Source: Candidatus Eiseniibacteriota bacterium (GTDB taxonomy: Bacteria > Eisenbacteria > RBG-16-71-46). Taken from it: a DNA stretch of 64,000 nucleotides. The stretch is taken from assembly GCA_963744995.1 (NCBI GenBank), contig CAVUWA010000003.1, forward strand, positions 130,758 through 194,757. Reading direction: 5' to 3'. The notes under the pieces were generated by a model. The model had not been told where the DNA came from, did no database searches, and was given only the letters and a program-made list of their open reading frames with translations. Made by a program: the position numbers and the translations under genes. This document shows positions 1 through 10,043 of this stretch, in pieces. Position 1 is the stretch's first letter. The number at the start of each line of letters is the position of its first letter.

Positions 1-544
1 AGATGTCGCGCTCCGCCTGCGCCCGCGGAATCTGGACCGCGCCGCGAATCTCCGCCGATTCGTGGACCTCCCGCCCCATGTAGATGAGACCGCGCTTGCG
101 TGACATGAGGTCCTCGACCTTCACCTCGAGACGGACGGGGCCCGGGTGCACGGGGAACGTCACCGTCGCCACCTTGCCGAGCCCTTCGACGACCTGGCTC
201 GAATCGACCTCGATGTCCTCGCGCCACTCCTGCGATCCCCTGGCGCCACGGATCCGCGTCTCGATCGAGAGCCGGGCGCCGCCCGTCTCCGGATCGCGTG
301 ACAGGTTGTTGAGGGTCGCCGGCGGAATGCGCACGAACAGCCGCAGCCGATGCCCGGTGTCGGCGTCCGGGAACGTGGCGGCGTCCACCGTGAAGCCGAC
401 GCGGCCGCCTACCCGCCAGGGCAGGTCACCGGGTTCGTCACGCTGCGCGACCGCGGCACGTGGCGCGGCGAACGTGCACAGGGCCAGCCCGAAAAGCAGA
501 CGCGCTCCCCGCGGGGAGCGCGTCCATTTCATCGTTCGCATCAT
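1..544 (-). CDS. Exported hypothetical protein, 5' part only (runs off the window); possibly GWxTD-family
   Basis: Manual translation from ATG 544 gives MMRTMKWTRSPRGARLLFGLALCTFAAPRAAVAQ (signal peptide), and the frame stays open to position 1. The family guess rests on gene context only. Confidence 0.6.
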   Translation of the reverse strand, partial: MMRTMKWTRSPRGARLLFGLALCTFAAPRAAVAQRDEPGDLPWRVGGRVGFTVDAATFPDADTGHRLRLFVRIPPATLNNLSRDPETGGARLSIETRIRGARGSQEWREDIEVDSSQVVEGLGKVATVTFPVHPGPVRLEVKVEDLMSRKRGLIYMGREVHESAEIRGAVQIPRAQAERDI

Positions 545-578
545 CGTGCCATTTCCTGCACGCCGGGTCGGGGCGCGT

Positions 579-1529
579 TCAGAACAGGAACCGGAGCGAG
601 AACCGGTGCGAGCCTCCGAGATCGAGCATGTCGGTGTAGGCGTAGTCGAGATCCGCCTTGCCCACGACCGACACGGGGAAGTGGAACCCCACGCCGCCGG
701 CCAGCCCTTCGGAGTCGTAGTTGATGTTGTAGCCGCCGCGCAGATAGACGAATTTGCGGAAGTCGTACTCGGCGCCCACGTTCAGACGCTCTGCGTTGTC
801 CGGTGGGTGCGAGAACTCGAACGAGCCGATCAGCTTGTGCTCCGGGCCGTTCATCAGCACCGCCGAAGTGCCGACGCGGAAGATCGCCGGGATGCGCGCC
901 TCACGATCGATGAACTGGATCTGCGAACCGATGTTCGAGATCGCCATGCCGATCCGCATGCCGAGCGTCCCGACGTCGTAGAGCGTGCCGACGTCGAACG
1001 CAAATGTCTGCTGCGAGAATTCGGCGAGACCCTCGTGCACGAAGTTGCCCGTGATGCCCGCGCTGAATTTGTCGGTGAAGAAACGCGCATACGTGAACCC
1101 CGCCGTCAGCATGCCGGCATCGAAGGTGCGGCCGGTGCCGACGAGTGGATCGGGCTGGTACGCCGTCGTTTCGACCATGGGATCCATGGTGAGGGCGCGT
1201 GCATGCACGCCGAAGGCGCCGGGAATGCTCTTGACGTGGAACACGTACCCGATCTGGTCGAACGACAGCTCGGCCGGCCAGCTGGCGTGATTGAAAGACA
1301 ACTCGGACTTGTCCGGATCGATGCGGGCGATCCCCGCGGCGTTCCAGAACAGCGCGGTGGCATCGTCGGCGACACCGACGAACGCGCCTCCCATACCCGC
1401 GGCGCGTGCGCCTACACCGATCTTCAGAAACTGGCCGTCGAACGTCCCGACCTTCTCGAAAATGGCGGCGCCGGCCGTCGCGGGAACGAGGGCAGCCACC
1501 AGGCCGAGAGCGGCGACGTATCTCTTCAC
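579..1529 (-). CDS. PorV/PorQ-family outer-membrane beta-barrel protein
   Basis: GTG start with GGAGG RBS. Signal peptide, then FLKIGVGARAAGMGGAFVGVADDATALFWNAAG (PorV/FadL-like N-terminal motif) and C-terminal HRFSLRFLF. Confidence 0.85.
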   Translation of the reverse strand: MKRYVAALGLVAALVPATAGAAIFEKVGTFDGQFLKIGVGARAAGMGGAFVGVADDATALFWNAAGIARIDPDKSELSFNHASWPAELSFDQIGYVFHVKSIPGAFGVHARALTMDPMVETTAYQPDPLVGTGRTFDAGMLTAGFTYARFFTDKFSAGITGNFVHEGLAEFSQQTFAFDVGTLYDVGTLGMRIGMAISNIGSQIQFIDREARIPAIFRVGTSAVLMNGPEHKLIGSFEFSHPPDNAERLNVGAEYDFRKFVYLRGGYNINYDSEGLAGGVGFHFPVSVVGKADLDYAYTDMLDLGGSHRFSLRFLF

Positions 1530-1557
1530 CTTGGTCCCTCCTTCGCGGATCCCGACC

Positions 1558-4500
1558 CTAGCGGATGATGACGAACTTGCCACGCTGCGTCCCCTCTGAC
1601 GATTCCACGGCGAACAGGTAGATGCCGCTGACCACATCCTGGCCATTGCGGCTGATCAGGTTCCAGCTGGCCTGCCCGTCGTTTGGATTGTCCTGCTGAC
1701 GGTTGTACCCCGGGCGCGTCACGTCGTTGTCGTCCGTGATGTCCGAGCGGATGGATTGATTGACCGGATCGTCGTTGTGGATCACCTGCACGAGGTCACC
1801 GGATACCGTGAAAATCTTGATCGTGTAGGGCCCCGGCGGCAGGCCCATGAAGTCGATGTGCGTGCCCGTGGGGTCGGTGGCGTTCGGCGTCAGATCCCAT
1901 GAGGAGGGGCGCTGGCTGATGTTGTTGAAGCCCCGGTACGGATTGGGCACGACCCAGACGCTCTTGCCCTTGCGTACGCCGGCCTGCGGCGCCACGCCTT
2001 CCGCTTCGACCGCCGAGCGTTTGCCATGGAGCTCCACCTTGGTCCCGGTGACCGGAGTCCCGGTGGAATCGAATGCGGTCACCGAGTAGAAGTACAGGAA
2101 GCCGTTCTTCACCTCGTGATCGACGTAGCGGAACCTGCCGATCGGGTACTTGACCCGTTCCTCGGGGACGCACGCGGGTGACGTACCGAGCAGGCAGCCT
2201 TTCGACACCTCGCAGTTCGGGTACCCGATGCACTTCACCGAGGTGTCCGGACGGATGATGTCGCCGTTCTGCCGGTTCCACATGTCGCCCCGCTCGAGGC
2301 AGATCTCCACGCTGTCGGGTCCCACGACGCCCGTCACCGGATTCTTGTAGTTCGGAACCAGCACCCTGGGACAACTGCCGTCCGGGAGTCGATTGTTCTC
2401 GATGAAGGTGTTGTCGGCGGCACGCCTGTAGTTGAAGATCCGGTACTCGCCCACCAGCGACCAGTCGTCTTCACCCGGGCCCGGCGAACCGACCGGGCGG
2501 GTCCAGCCGGAAACCTTCCAGATCTGGTAGCCGCGATTGTCGAACCAGTTGCTCTTGGGATCCTTGGTCGTGTCCGAGAGATTGTCCCATGCGAGCAGGA
2601 TCGCACCATCCCCCGAGGGGATGGAAGTGCGATCGGGATTGTCCGTGTAGTTGTAGCCGACCGAGACGTTCAGGTTCGGATTGGGCGGTGGCGCTGCCGC
2701 GTTCCAGGTCTTGTGGAAGTACCCCTGACGTGTCGACCACTTGTACACGCCGGTGCAGTAGTCGCAGTCGAAGTCGAACCACGTGTACTCGCGGTCGTTC
2801 ACCTGGCGCTGATTGCCCAGTGCCATGTCGCGGCAGTCGGCCAGGAACGTCGGTGGCTGACCGCGCTGCAGGCGTCTGGGCGTCTCCCGACCGTGGTAGT
2901 CGGTGAGAGGGTACCAATCGCGGAGCTCCCAGATGCCCTCGTACGCCTCCTGCGCCGCCAGCGCGACGCCGAGCAGCGGGTACTTCTCCGCGAGCGCGCT
3001 CTGCGAGATCCCGCCGTTCCGGAAGTCACGGTAGTCGGCGGCGTACTTGAGGTCGTCCTGATACTTGCCGGGCGCGACCATGAACGCGTAGGTCACGGTG
3101 ACCGAGCCGCCGTTGGGAACTTTGCGATAGGGCCCGACCGACGCCCACTGCGAGTAATCGCCCTTCTGATCGCCCGGAGCCTTGTTGATGAAGCCGAACT
3201 CCCGGCTGTTCGGGTCGTTGTCGATGCCTTCGGTGCCGGTGATCAGCTCGAAACGTTCCTGGTCGATCGACGGGTTGCCGCCCTGAACGTACGGAGTCCC
3301 GAACGTGAACGAGCGGAACATGTGGAAGCCGGTGCGGCTCGGACCCATCTGGCCGAGGGGGTCGACGGTGTTCGCGACCAGCAGCACCCCCGGGGTGCCC
3401 GTCGTCCGGTTGTCGTCCCCGTCGTCGTCCGCCTGCGCGAAGCCGTTCAGGCGCAGCGTGAGGAACGGACACAGCGGGCCGGGGCCGGCCGAGTTGTCCA
3501 GCGCCTTGTCGTGATCATCCTGACGGCGCGGGTCGTTGTTCGCCAGGTTCATGATGAATTCGCCGCTCGGAAAGCCGGGGATGTCGAAGTCGTCCTGGAA
3601 GTAGTCGCTCTTCTCCACCGGCCCGGCGTCCATGTCGGCCTGAATTCCCACCGTGAGGCTGTCGAGCGTGTGGCCGGAAACGTTGATGATCCGCCACTCG
3701 ATGACGTTGAAGTCCGTGAACCCGGGGATCGAATACGCCCAGGCCCGCTGCTCCGCCTTGAGGCCGAGCGGAATGTGCTTCTCGTTGCGCGCCACGTTGA
3801 CCGCCTCGTCGGTGTCGTCGCGGATCACGCACGAGTACATCTGCTGACCGAGGGCGGCATGGTCCTCGTCGATCAGGCCGTCGCCATCGTTGTCGCGGCC
3901 GTCGAGGAAGTCCTCGTCCACCTTCGGCTTGTCTTCGGTGTCGAAGTCGCCGTCGTCATTCACGAATCGGGCGCCGTTGATGATGCCGTCGTAGGCTCGA
4001 TACATGCGGTCCTCGAGCTCGATGGTCGGCGGCCGCCACTCGGTGGCGAAGCTCACCCGCCGCACGGCCTTGGGATCCGTCGCGAAGTTGTTCACCGCCC
4101 CCACCGCGAGTCCGAAGAAGTTCAGATACTCGATGCCGGACGAGCCGGGCCACTGCCCCGACGGGTCGCTCGAAAGGTTCGTGAACGGATTTCCGCAGAA
4201 GCCGAAATTGGTGACCTTCATGAAGATGTTGCCGACGGTCAGCACGGCGCCCGGCCCGAAGATGTCGGGAACGTCCGTCGGCTGCACGCGGCCATTGCCC
4301 CAGTCGGCCCGGTCGGCAGCCCGCTGGGCCGCCATCTGCGGGCCGTAGTCGATCATGATCTGATCGATCTCGGACTGCTCGAGCCCCGGGATCTGTTTCT
4401 TGAGCTGGACCTCTGCGGCGGCCGGCGCCGCCAGGGCGGCGGCGAAGACCAGGGCGCAGGCCAGCGGCGCGGTTCGATTCCAGAAAGAAGCGTTCGTCAT
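1558..4500 (-). CDS. Large secreted protein with T9SS/FlgD-like C-terminal sorting domain
   Basis: 980 aa with signal peptide, acidic DNDGDGLIDED loops and a Cys-rich segment. C-terminus VVPNPY...IKIFTVSGDLV...WNLISRNGQDVVSGIYLFAVES. Confidence 0.75.
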   Translation of the reverse strand: MTNASFWNRTAPLACALVFAAALAAPAAAEVQLKKQIPGLEQSEIDQIMIDYGPQMAAQRAADRADWGNGRVQPTDVPDIFGPGAVLTVGNIFMKVTNFGFCGNPFTNLSSDPSGQWPGSSGIEYLNFFGLAVGAVNNFATDPKAVRRVSFATEWRPPTIELEDRMYRAYDGIINGARFVNDDGDFDTEDKPKVDEDFLDGRDNDGDGLIDEDHAALGQQMYSCVIRDDTDEAVNVARNEKHIPLGLKAEQRAWAYSIPGFTDFNVIEWRIINVSGHTLDSLTVGIQADMDAGPVEKSDYFQDDFDIPGFPSGEFIMNLANNDPRRQDDHDKALDNSAGPGPLCPFLTLRLNGFAQADDDGDDNRTTGTPGVLLVANTVDPLGQMGPSRTGFHMFRSFTFGTPYVQGGNPSIDQERFELITGTEGIDNDPNSREFGFINKAPGDQKGDYSQWASVGPYRKVPNGGSVTVTYAFMVAPGKYQDDLKYAADYRDFRNGGISQSALAEKYPLLGVALAAQEAYEGIWELRDWYPLTDYHGRETPRRLQRGQPPTFLADCRDMALGNQRQVNDREYTWFDFDCDYCTGVYKWSTRQGYFHKTWNAAAPPPNPNLNVSVGYNYTDNPDRTSIPSGDGAILLAWDNLSDTTKDPKSNWFDNRGYQIWKVSGWTRPVGSPGPGEDDWSLVGEYRIFNYRRAADNTFIENNRLPDGSCPRVLVPNYKNPVTGVVGPDSVEICLERGDMWNRQNGDIIRPDTSVKCIGYPNCEVSKGCLLGTSPACVPEERVKYPIGRFRYVDHEVKNGFLYFYSVTAFDSTGTPVTGTKVELHGKRSAVEAEGVAPQAGVRKGKSVWVVPNPYRGFNNISQRPSSWDLTPNATDPTGTHIDFMGLPPGPYTIKIFTVSGDLVQVIHNDDPVNQSIRSDITDDNDVTRPGYNRQQDNPNDGQASWNLISRNGQDVVSGIYLFAVESSEGTQRGKFVIIR

Positions 4501-4518
4501 GACCGGGTCTCTCCCGCG

Positions 4519-7242
4519 CTAGAAGGTGATGCTCACGCCCATGCGCACGTTACGGCCTTCGGCGAAGACGCGAGGATCGTTGACGGGCACCCAGTCGAGG
4601 ATGCCGTCGCCATTGGTGTCCTGGAGATACGCACCTCCCGCACGGCCGGTCTCCGTGTAGTAGATGAGGTACTCGTCTCCTGAATTGTTCACGAACGGGT
4701 TCGGGAACGTCGCCTGCGACAGCGCCTGAATGTTCTTCGCGTCGAGCACGTTGCGCGCGTCGAAGAACACCGTGACGTTCTGCCCCCACACCTTGAAGTA
4801 CTTGTCGCCGTCCAGCGTCAGCGTCGCGTCCGACGGCAGGCGCCGCGAGTTGTTGAGCACCGGGTCCGGGCGGCGATCGTTGCGGAACGCAGGCGTGAAC
4901 GGGAAGCCCGAGCCGTACTGCCAGAGGAGCCGCAGGCCCCACTTACCCGGGTCGCGGATCACGCCCTGAACGCTGACCGTGTGGCGCTGATCCCAGTCGA
5001 GCGGCTGCTCGGAAATCGGCAGGTAGAGCTGGCCGCCGTTGAAGAACTGCAGCGCCGAGTTCGGATTCGAAGCCACGCCGGTCGCCAGCGAGAACGTGTA
5101 GTTGACCTCGGCCGAGAACTTGTGGCTGAAGCTCTTGGTGAGGCTGGCCTCGAAGCCGCGCGAGCTGGCGTAGTCGCCGTTGACGTAGAACGGCACGGTG
5201 TTGCCGAACTCGTCGATCGTCTGCCGCGTGGTGATGAGGCCGTAGATGTCCTTGAAGAACACCGAGAACTGGCCCGACACATCGCGCGAGAACAGGTGCT
5301 GGACACCGGCCTGATACGCGATGTTGGTCTCGGGCTCGAGGTCCGGATTGCCGCGGATCGCCACCGCGCTGTTGACCTGCCGGTTCTCGAACACGAAGTT
5401 GCGCGCCGGCGTCTGGTAGGTCCAGCCGTAGTGGAAGCTCAGCACGTCCTTGTCCGAGATCGGGTAGGCGATGCCGAGACGCGGGCTGAACTGCTTCTTG
5501 TAGCGATTGCCGCTCGGCAGATCCGCGTCATCGATCTGCGGCCCCGGGGTGAAGATGTCGTAGCGGATTCCGGCGTTGAGGACCAGACCCTCGAATTCCC
5601 AGCGGTCCTGGACGTAACCCGCACCCTCGGGATTGAAGTTGATGTAGTCCGAGCGCGTCCCGCCGGGCAGACCGTTGTTCTCGGAATTCGGCAGGGTCAG
5701 GCTCAGGTTCTGGACCCGGTTGTACTTGAAGTCGAAGCCGGTCTTGAACGTGTGGGCCTTCCAGCGCCGGGTCGAGAAGTCCGACTTCACCGTCCACGTC
5801 GTCGCGTCACGCTTGAAGTACGTCGGGAAATCGCCGTGCGTCGCGTAGAACAGGTTGTTCTCGGTGCCGAGGTCGGTGTTGCCGCTCCAGTAGTTCGGGC
5901 TCTGCGTGTCGTACTCCCACGGCTCCTTGCCGCCGACCGAATTGCGCGTGTCGAACGTGAACTGCGAGACGCGCGTCGTCAGCACGGTCTTGTCGGAGAT
6001 CTGATCCGTCCACACACCGGTGAACTGCTGGTAGCGGTCGTTCAGGGTCGGCACGTGATCCGGCATGTTGATCGGCATGTAGCTGCTGTCCACCTGCGTC
6101 GCCGACCAGGTGCCGTAGCGCGGCGTGTACGAGTCGGGCTGGCCCGCCGTGCGCACGGTGTCGTAGTTCACCTTCACGTAGCCCTTACGGCTCCACATGT
6201 GGTTGTACGGCGTGTTGATCGTCCGGTTGTTGACCGTCTCGAACGTGATCTTGTGGTGCGTGTTCGGCCGGTACGCCAGCTTAACGTTGGTGTTCACCTG
6301 ATTGCTCTGACGGTTGCCGAGCTGGATGAACTCGAGCAGCGTCCGGCGCGGCTTGGTGAGGCTCGTCGCCAGGTAGGTGTCCGAGAACGAACCCTCGTAC
6401 GTCGCGAAGTAGGTGAGGTTCTTGATCGGGGTCGGGCCGCCGAAACCGAACGTGAAGCGGTCGTAATTGTTGAAGGTCTTGGTCGGGTCGCCGTAGCGGT
6501 CCGTGTCCCAGCGGACCTCGCCGCCGAAGCGGTCGGTGCCTTCCTTGGTGCTCACGCTGACCACGCCCGAGAGGGCATTGCCGTATTCGGCGTCGAAGCC
6601 TCCCGATAGGATCTCCGTGCCGGCCACCGCAAGGTTGGCGATGTTGGCGTTGCGGCCGAACATCGGATCGGACACCTCGACCCCGTCGAACTGGAACTTC
6701 ACCTCGCCCGAGCGGCCGCCGCGGAAGTGCAGGTTGCCGTTCTGGGCGACGACGCCGGCCTTCACGGCCACGGCGTCGCGCAGGTTGTCGACCGGCAGCT
6801 CCTTGAGCTGCTCCGCGGAGATGTGCTGCTTGGTCTCGGAAGACTTGACGTCGATCCGCCGTTCGGCGGTGACGACGATTTCTTCGAGCTCCTTGGCCAC
6901 CTTCTCCTGCGCGAAGTCGATCGTGGCGACGGCGTTCCCGCCGGCCGTGACCGTGACCGTCACGGTCTTCTCTCCGTGCGCGACCGACGAGGCGGTGACT
7001 TCGTGGGTGCCGGGAGGAATGCCGATGAGCACGACCTTGCCGTTCTCGTCGGTGAGTCCACCGCGCTTCAACTCTTTGATCACGACGTTGGCGTAGGACA
7101 CCGGGGTCGTGCCGTGCTCCGTCACCGTCACCGTGATCCTGCCGGTAGTTTTGGAATCCTGGGCAATCGTGGGGGAAGCCAGGAGTAGGCCCAGCAGAGC
7201 GAACAGGGCCTTGGCTGGGAAGCGCCTGCCTTCACGGAACAT
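4519..7242 (-). CDS. TonB-dependent receptor with N-terminal carboxypeptidase-regulatory-like domain
   Basis: 907 aa with signal peptide, LHFRGGRSGE plug motif, GGFDAEYGNALSGVV, GNPDLEPE and terminal F. Confidence 0.9.
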   Translation of the reverse strand: MFREGRRFPAKALFALLGLLLASPTIAQDSKTTGRITVTVTEHGTTPVSYANVVIKELKRGGLTDENGKVVLIGIPPGTHEVTASSVAHGEKTVTVTVTAGGNAVATIDFAQEKVAKELEEIVVTAERRIDVKSSETKQHISAEQLKELPVDNLRDAVAVKAGVVAQNGNLHFRGGRSGEVKFQFDGVEVSDPMFGRNANIANLAVAGTEILSGGFDAEYGNALSGVVSVSTKEGTDRFGGEVRWDTDRYGDPTKTFNNYDRFTFGFGGPTPIKNLTYFATYEGSFSDTYLATSLTKPRRTLLEFIQLGNRQSNQVNTNVKLAYRPNTHHKITFETVNNRTINTPYNHMWSRKGYVKVNYDTVRTAGQPDSYTPRYGTWSATQVDSSYMPINMPDHVPTLNDRYQQFTGVWTDQISDKTVLTTRVSQFTFDTRNSVGGKEPWEYDTQSPNYWSGNTDLGTENNLFYATHGDFPTYFKRDATTWTVKSDFSTRRWKAHTFKTGFDFKYNRVQNLSLTLPNSENNGLPGGTRSDYINFNPEGAGYVQDRWEFEGLVLNAGIRYDIFTPGPQIDDADLPSGNRYKKQFSPRLGIAYPISDKDVLSFHYGWTYQTPARNFVFENRQVNSAVAIRGNPDLEPETNIAYQAGVQHLFSRDVSGQFSVFFKDIYGLITTRQTIDEFGNTVPFYVNGDYASSRGFEASLTKSFSHKFSAEVNYTFSLATGVASNPNSALQFFNGGQLYLPISEQPLDWDQRHTVSVQGVIRDPGKWGLRLLWQYGSGFPFTPAFRNDRRPDPVLNNSRRLPSDATLTLDGDKYFKVWGQNVTVFFDARNVLDAKNIQALSQATFPNPFVNNSGDEYLIYYTETGRAGGAYLQDTNGDGILDWVPVNDPRVFAEGRNVRMGVSITF

Positions 7243-7521
7243 GCGTCTCTACCCCTCCGATGGGAAGCAGCCTTGCGACCACGATGCGAACCGGGGAACG
7301 ATGCCAACCCGCGGGTTCGCTGTCAACGGATTTCACCGCACAACTCGTTAGTCTGAGCGAGGTTGTACGGGATACCACGACTCGACTCGATGCCGTACGC
7401 CAGCGTCGCGCGTACTGTTGCGCCGTCCCGATCGCGATGTCTCTTGGGGGGAGAATCCGGACAAGAATGGCACCTGCGGGCATGCCGCTGGACGGCGGTG
7501 CCTTACGCCCAGTCACCAGTC

Positions 7522-7550
7522 AATATCGGCCGGAAGACCGTTTGTGTCAA
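7522..7550 (-). promoter_or_regulatory. Sigma70-type promoter for the TonB-receptor operon
   Basis: Minus strand TTGACA-17 bp-GATATT. A second TTGACA-17-CATCGT has its -35 at 7321-7326. Confidence 0.55.
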
Positions 7551-7608
7551 GACTTAATGTCCTTTTCCACCGCCGGTTCGTCCCCTTCCAGCGCCCCGAC
7601 CCGGACGC

Positions 7609-9237
7609 CTAGAGGCTCCACCTCACCTGCGCGTTGAACTGGTTGCGAGAGCCGCGCGTGCCGGTCGGATCCGGATAGTCGCCCCGGAACCATTCGAGCG
7701 CGTAGCCCGATTCGATCACCCACGAACGGCCCGGCGGTCGGAGTCCGAACCCCGCCGTCAGCACGTTCGCGACGTATTCGTTGTTGAGCGTCAGGTCGTC
7801 CCGGTCGTCGGAGCGGTAGATGAACCCGCCGCGCCAGGTCAGCACCTCGCCGAGCGGCATTTCGATGCCCGTGCGCACGTCCCATACGATCCGCTTCGGC
7901 CCTTCGCCCGCGATGAGCTGCTCGTTGTCCGCCTGCGCCGCATGGTACTCCACGCCGATCAGCGCACCGCGCCAGGGGGTCTGCCAGGACGCTCCGAGAC
8001 CGGCCTCCCAGGTACGGCGCTCGATCTCGTTGGCGACCACGCTGTCCGGCAGGAAGATCGAATCGGAGTTCTGACGCATGAAGGTGATGTTGCGGAAATA
8101 GTTGAACGAAGTGAGATCGAGCGGATCGGGCGGGGTGATCGTGGTCTTGCGGTGGCCCACGTTGAAGCTGCCGCCGAGCTCGATCGGGCCCGAGAACAGA
8201 CGCACCCGCGTGCGCAGAGCCTCGCCCTTCTCCTCGCGCTCGAGCAGCTTGCCGCGGCCAGTCAGCGCGATCGCCCCCTGTCCGGCCGAAATCGTGAACC
8301 GCCACGTCTGTTCCGACGTCGCCTGCCACAGCCGGCCGTCGGCGATCCATTCGAGGTGCGAGCCGATCATGCCCTTGAGGACGGCCTGCCCCTGAAGGGT
8401 CGGGCGGTCTTCGTCGATGAAGGTGCCGTGGCGCAGCCCGATGTTCTCGCTGCGGACCTGGCTCTTGAGCGCATCGAAGCCGACGCCGACGCGCAGCCAG
8501 GACGCCGCTTCATAGCGCGCCGAAGCGCCGATGCCGGTCGTCGAGATCTTGGTCTCGAGCGGTGTGAACAGATCGGGGGCCTGCAGCAGCGTGCCGTCGC
8601 GATCGATGTACTCGCCGAACGGATCCTGGGAGAAATCGCGGTACTCCTGATGCAGGTTCTCCAGCGAATAGAAGCCGCGTAGTCCGTAGCGCATCCGGTC
8701 CGAAAAGACGAACGGCATCGGGCCGTTGATCGCCGGCATGACCAGCGGGCGGCTGAACTGGTCGCGCTGCTCGACGTTCTGCGAGAACGGCTGGTCGGTG
8801 CGCAGCATGTCGAAGTCGCCGACCAGGCCGAACGCCGTCTGTCCCTTCGCGCGCCGCCACGCCTCGACACCCATGAGCATGTCACGCGCCGCCTGCGACT
8901 GGCGGGTCCGGCTGCCGCCGAGGATGTCATGGACCGTGGATGTCGCTGCGGTCGCCGGACGGATCTCCACCACCGAAACCGAATCGGCGTCGCCAAGGCC
9001 CGCGGGCATCTGCGCGAAATCCCAGAGCGTCAGCGCATTGTTGCTCTCGGGAATCACCAGGGTCAGGCGTCCCATGCCGAGGAGCCGCGGGCTGCGGACG
9101 GTCGCATCGGTCAGCATCTCCTGCGATGCGCGCGACTCGTCCAGGAACGTCTGGGCCTGCACGACGCTCACCCCGGAGGGCACAACCGCATATAGGGCCA
9201 GAAACGCGCTCAGTCGAACCCAGCGCGAAGGGCTCAT
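7609..9237 (-). CDS. Hypothetical outer-membrane beta-barrel protein
   Basis: ATG 9237 with AAGGAG RBS. Signal peptide, RSPRLLGMG motif (FadL/PorV-like), alternating beta-strand pattern, C-terminal QVRWSL. Confidence 0.65.
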   Translation of the reverse strand: MSPSRWVRLSAFLALYAVVPSGVSVVQAQTFLDESRASQEMLTDATVRSPRLLGMGRLTLVIPESNNALTLWDFAQMPAGLGDADSVSVVEIRPATAATSTVHDILGGSRTRQSQAARDMLMGVEAWRRAKGQTAFGLVGDFDMLRTDQPFSQNVEQRDQFSRPLVMPAINGPMPFVFSDRMRYGLRGFYSLENLHQEYRDFSQDPFGEYIDRDGTLLQAPDLFTPLETKISTTGIGASARYEAASWLRVGVGFDALKSQVRSENIGLRHGTFIDEDRPTLQGQAVLKGMIGSHLEWIADGRLWQATSEQTWRFTISAGQGAIALTGRGKLLEREEKGEALRTRVRLFSGPIELGGSFNVGHRKTTITPPDPLDLTSFNYFRNITFMRQNSDSIFLPDSVVANEIERRTWEAGLGASWQTPWRGALIGVEYHAAQADNEQLIAGEGPKRIVWDVRTGIEMPLGEVLTWRGGFIYRSDDRDDLTLNNEYVANVLTAGFGLRPPGRSWVIESGYALEWFRGDYPDPTGTRGSRNQFNAQVRWSL

Positions 9238-9356
9238 TCCGACTCCTTTCAGCCTTTTTCGGTACGGAGAGTCCATCACCGTGCGGAGGATGTGAATCTC
9301 CCGCCATCCGGCGAAAGTGCGCGCGGTCAACGAGGTGCGCGATGCACGGAGGAGCG

Positions 9357-9385
9357 ATACTAGGAATGCGTCAGCACAGTGTCAA
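9357..9385 (-). promoter_or_regulatory. Sigma70-type promoter
   Basis: Minus strand TTGACA-17 bp-TAGTAT, overlapping the 3' end of mpg. Confidence 0.6.
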
Positions 9386-10043
9386 CAGGAGATCTGCCCG
9401 CCTGCGGTCGCTTTCGGCCACGCCGGCGAGCCTCGCGGTCGGGCCCCGAAGATCGCGCCCCGGATACCGAAGGATGTCCTTCGAGGCGGAACCGCCATGG
9501 CCGGTCCGCGGCGCGCCGGATGCCGATGCGCGGCCCGGCGACGATCCGCCGGACGCCGCGCGCCGCAGGCGACGCGTCCACCCAGAGCGGACCGCGGACG
9601 AGATCGGCGCCGTTCATGTCGAGCGCGATCCCGAGCCCGCGGGTGAGGCACCCGGGACCACTCAACAGGCGGTGATCGGGAGTCCCGGGGCGCGCGGCGC
9701 GCATGGCGTCGAGCCCCTCCAGCGGTTCGAGCGCGCGCAGCAGCACCGCCGCCGCGCCGCCCTCCGGTTCGGCCACCAGATTCATGCACGCGTGCATGCC
9801 GTAGGACAGATACACGTACACATGCGCCGGAGGGCCGAACATGATGGCGCTCCTCGGCGTCGGGCCGCGATGCGCGTGACTCGCCGGATCATGCCGGCCG
9901 CGATAGGCCTCGACCTCGACGATGCGTCCCGCGCGGCGGCCGGCCGGACCGTCGTAGACGAGCCGGCGCCCGAGCAGCCCGCGCGCGACGACCAGCACGT
10001 GGCGGCCGAACCAGGCGCGCCCGAGGCGTTTCCCGCCGGCCAT
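9360..10043 (-). CDS. mpg: DNA-3-methyladenine glycosylase (MPG/AAG family)
   Basis: GRIVEVEAY, DPASHA, YVYLSYGMH, AVLLRALEP, GPG.L and PRIGI motifs. Confidence 0.92.
   Translation of the reverse strand: MAGGKRLGRAWFGRHVLVVARGLLGRRLVYDGPAGRRAGRIVEVEAYRGRHDPASHAHRGPTPRSAIMFGPPAHVYVYLSYGMHACMNLVAEPEGGAAAVLLRALEPLEGLDAMRAARPGTPDHRLLSGPGCLTRGLGIALDMNGADLVRGPLWVDASPAARGVRRIVAGPRIGIRRAADRPWRFRLEGHPSVSGARSSGPDREARRRGRKRPQAGRSPVDTVLTHS

Noticed and set aside
7243-7520. Riboswitch in the long TonB-receptor leader
   Set aside because: Only short inverted repeats and a second promoter-like element were seen, with no cobalamin, TPP or c-di-GMP consensus.
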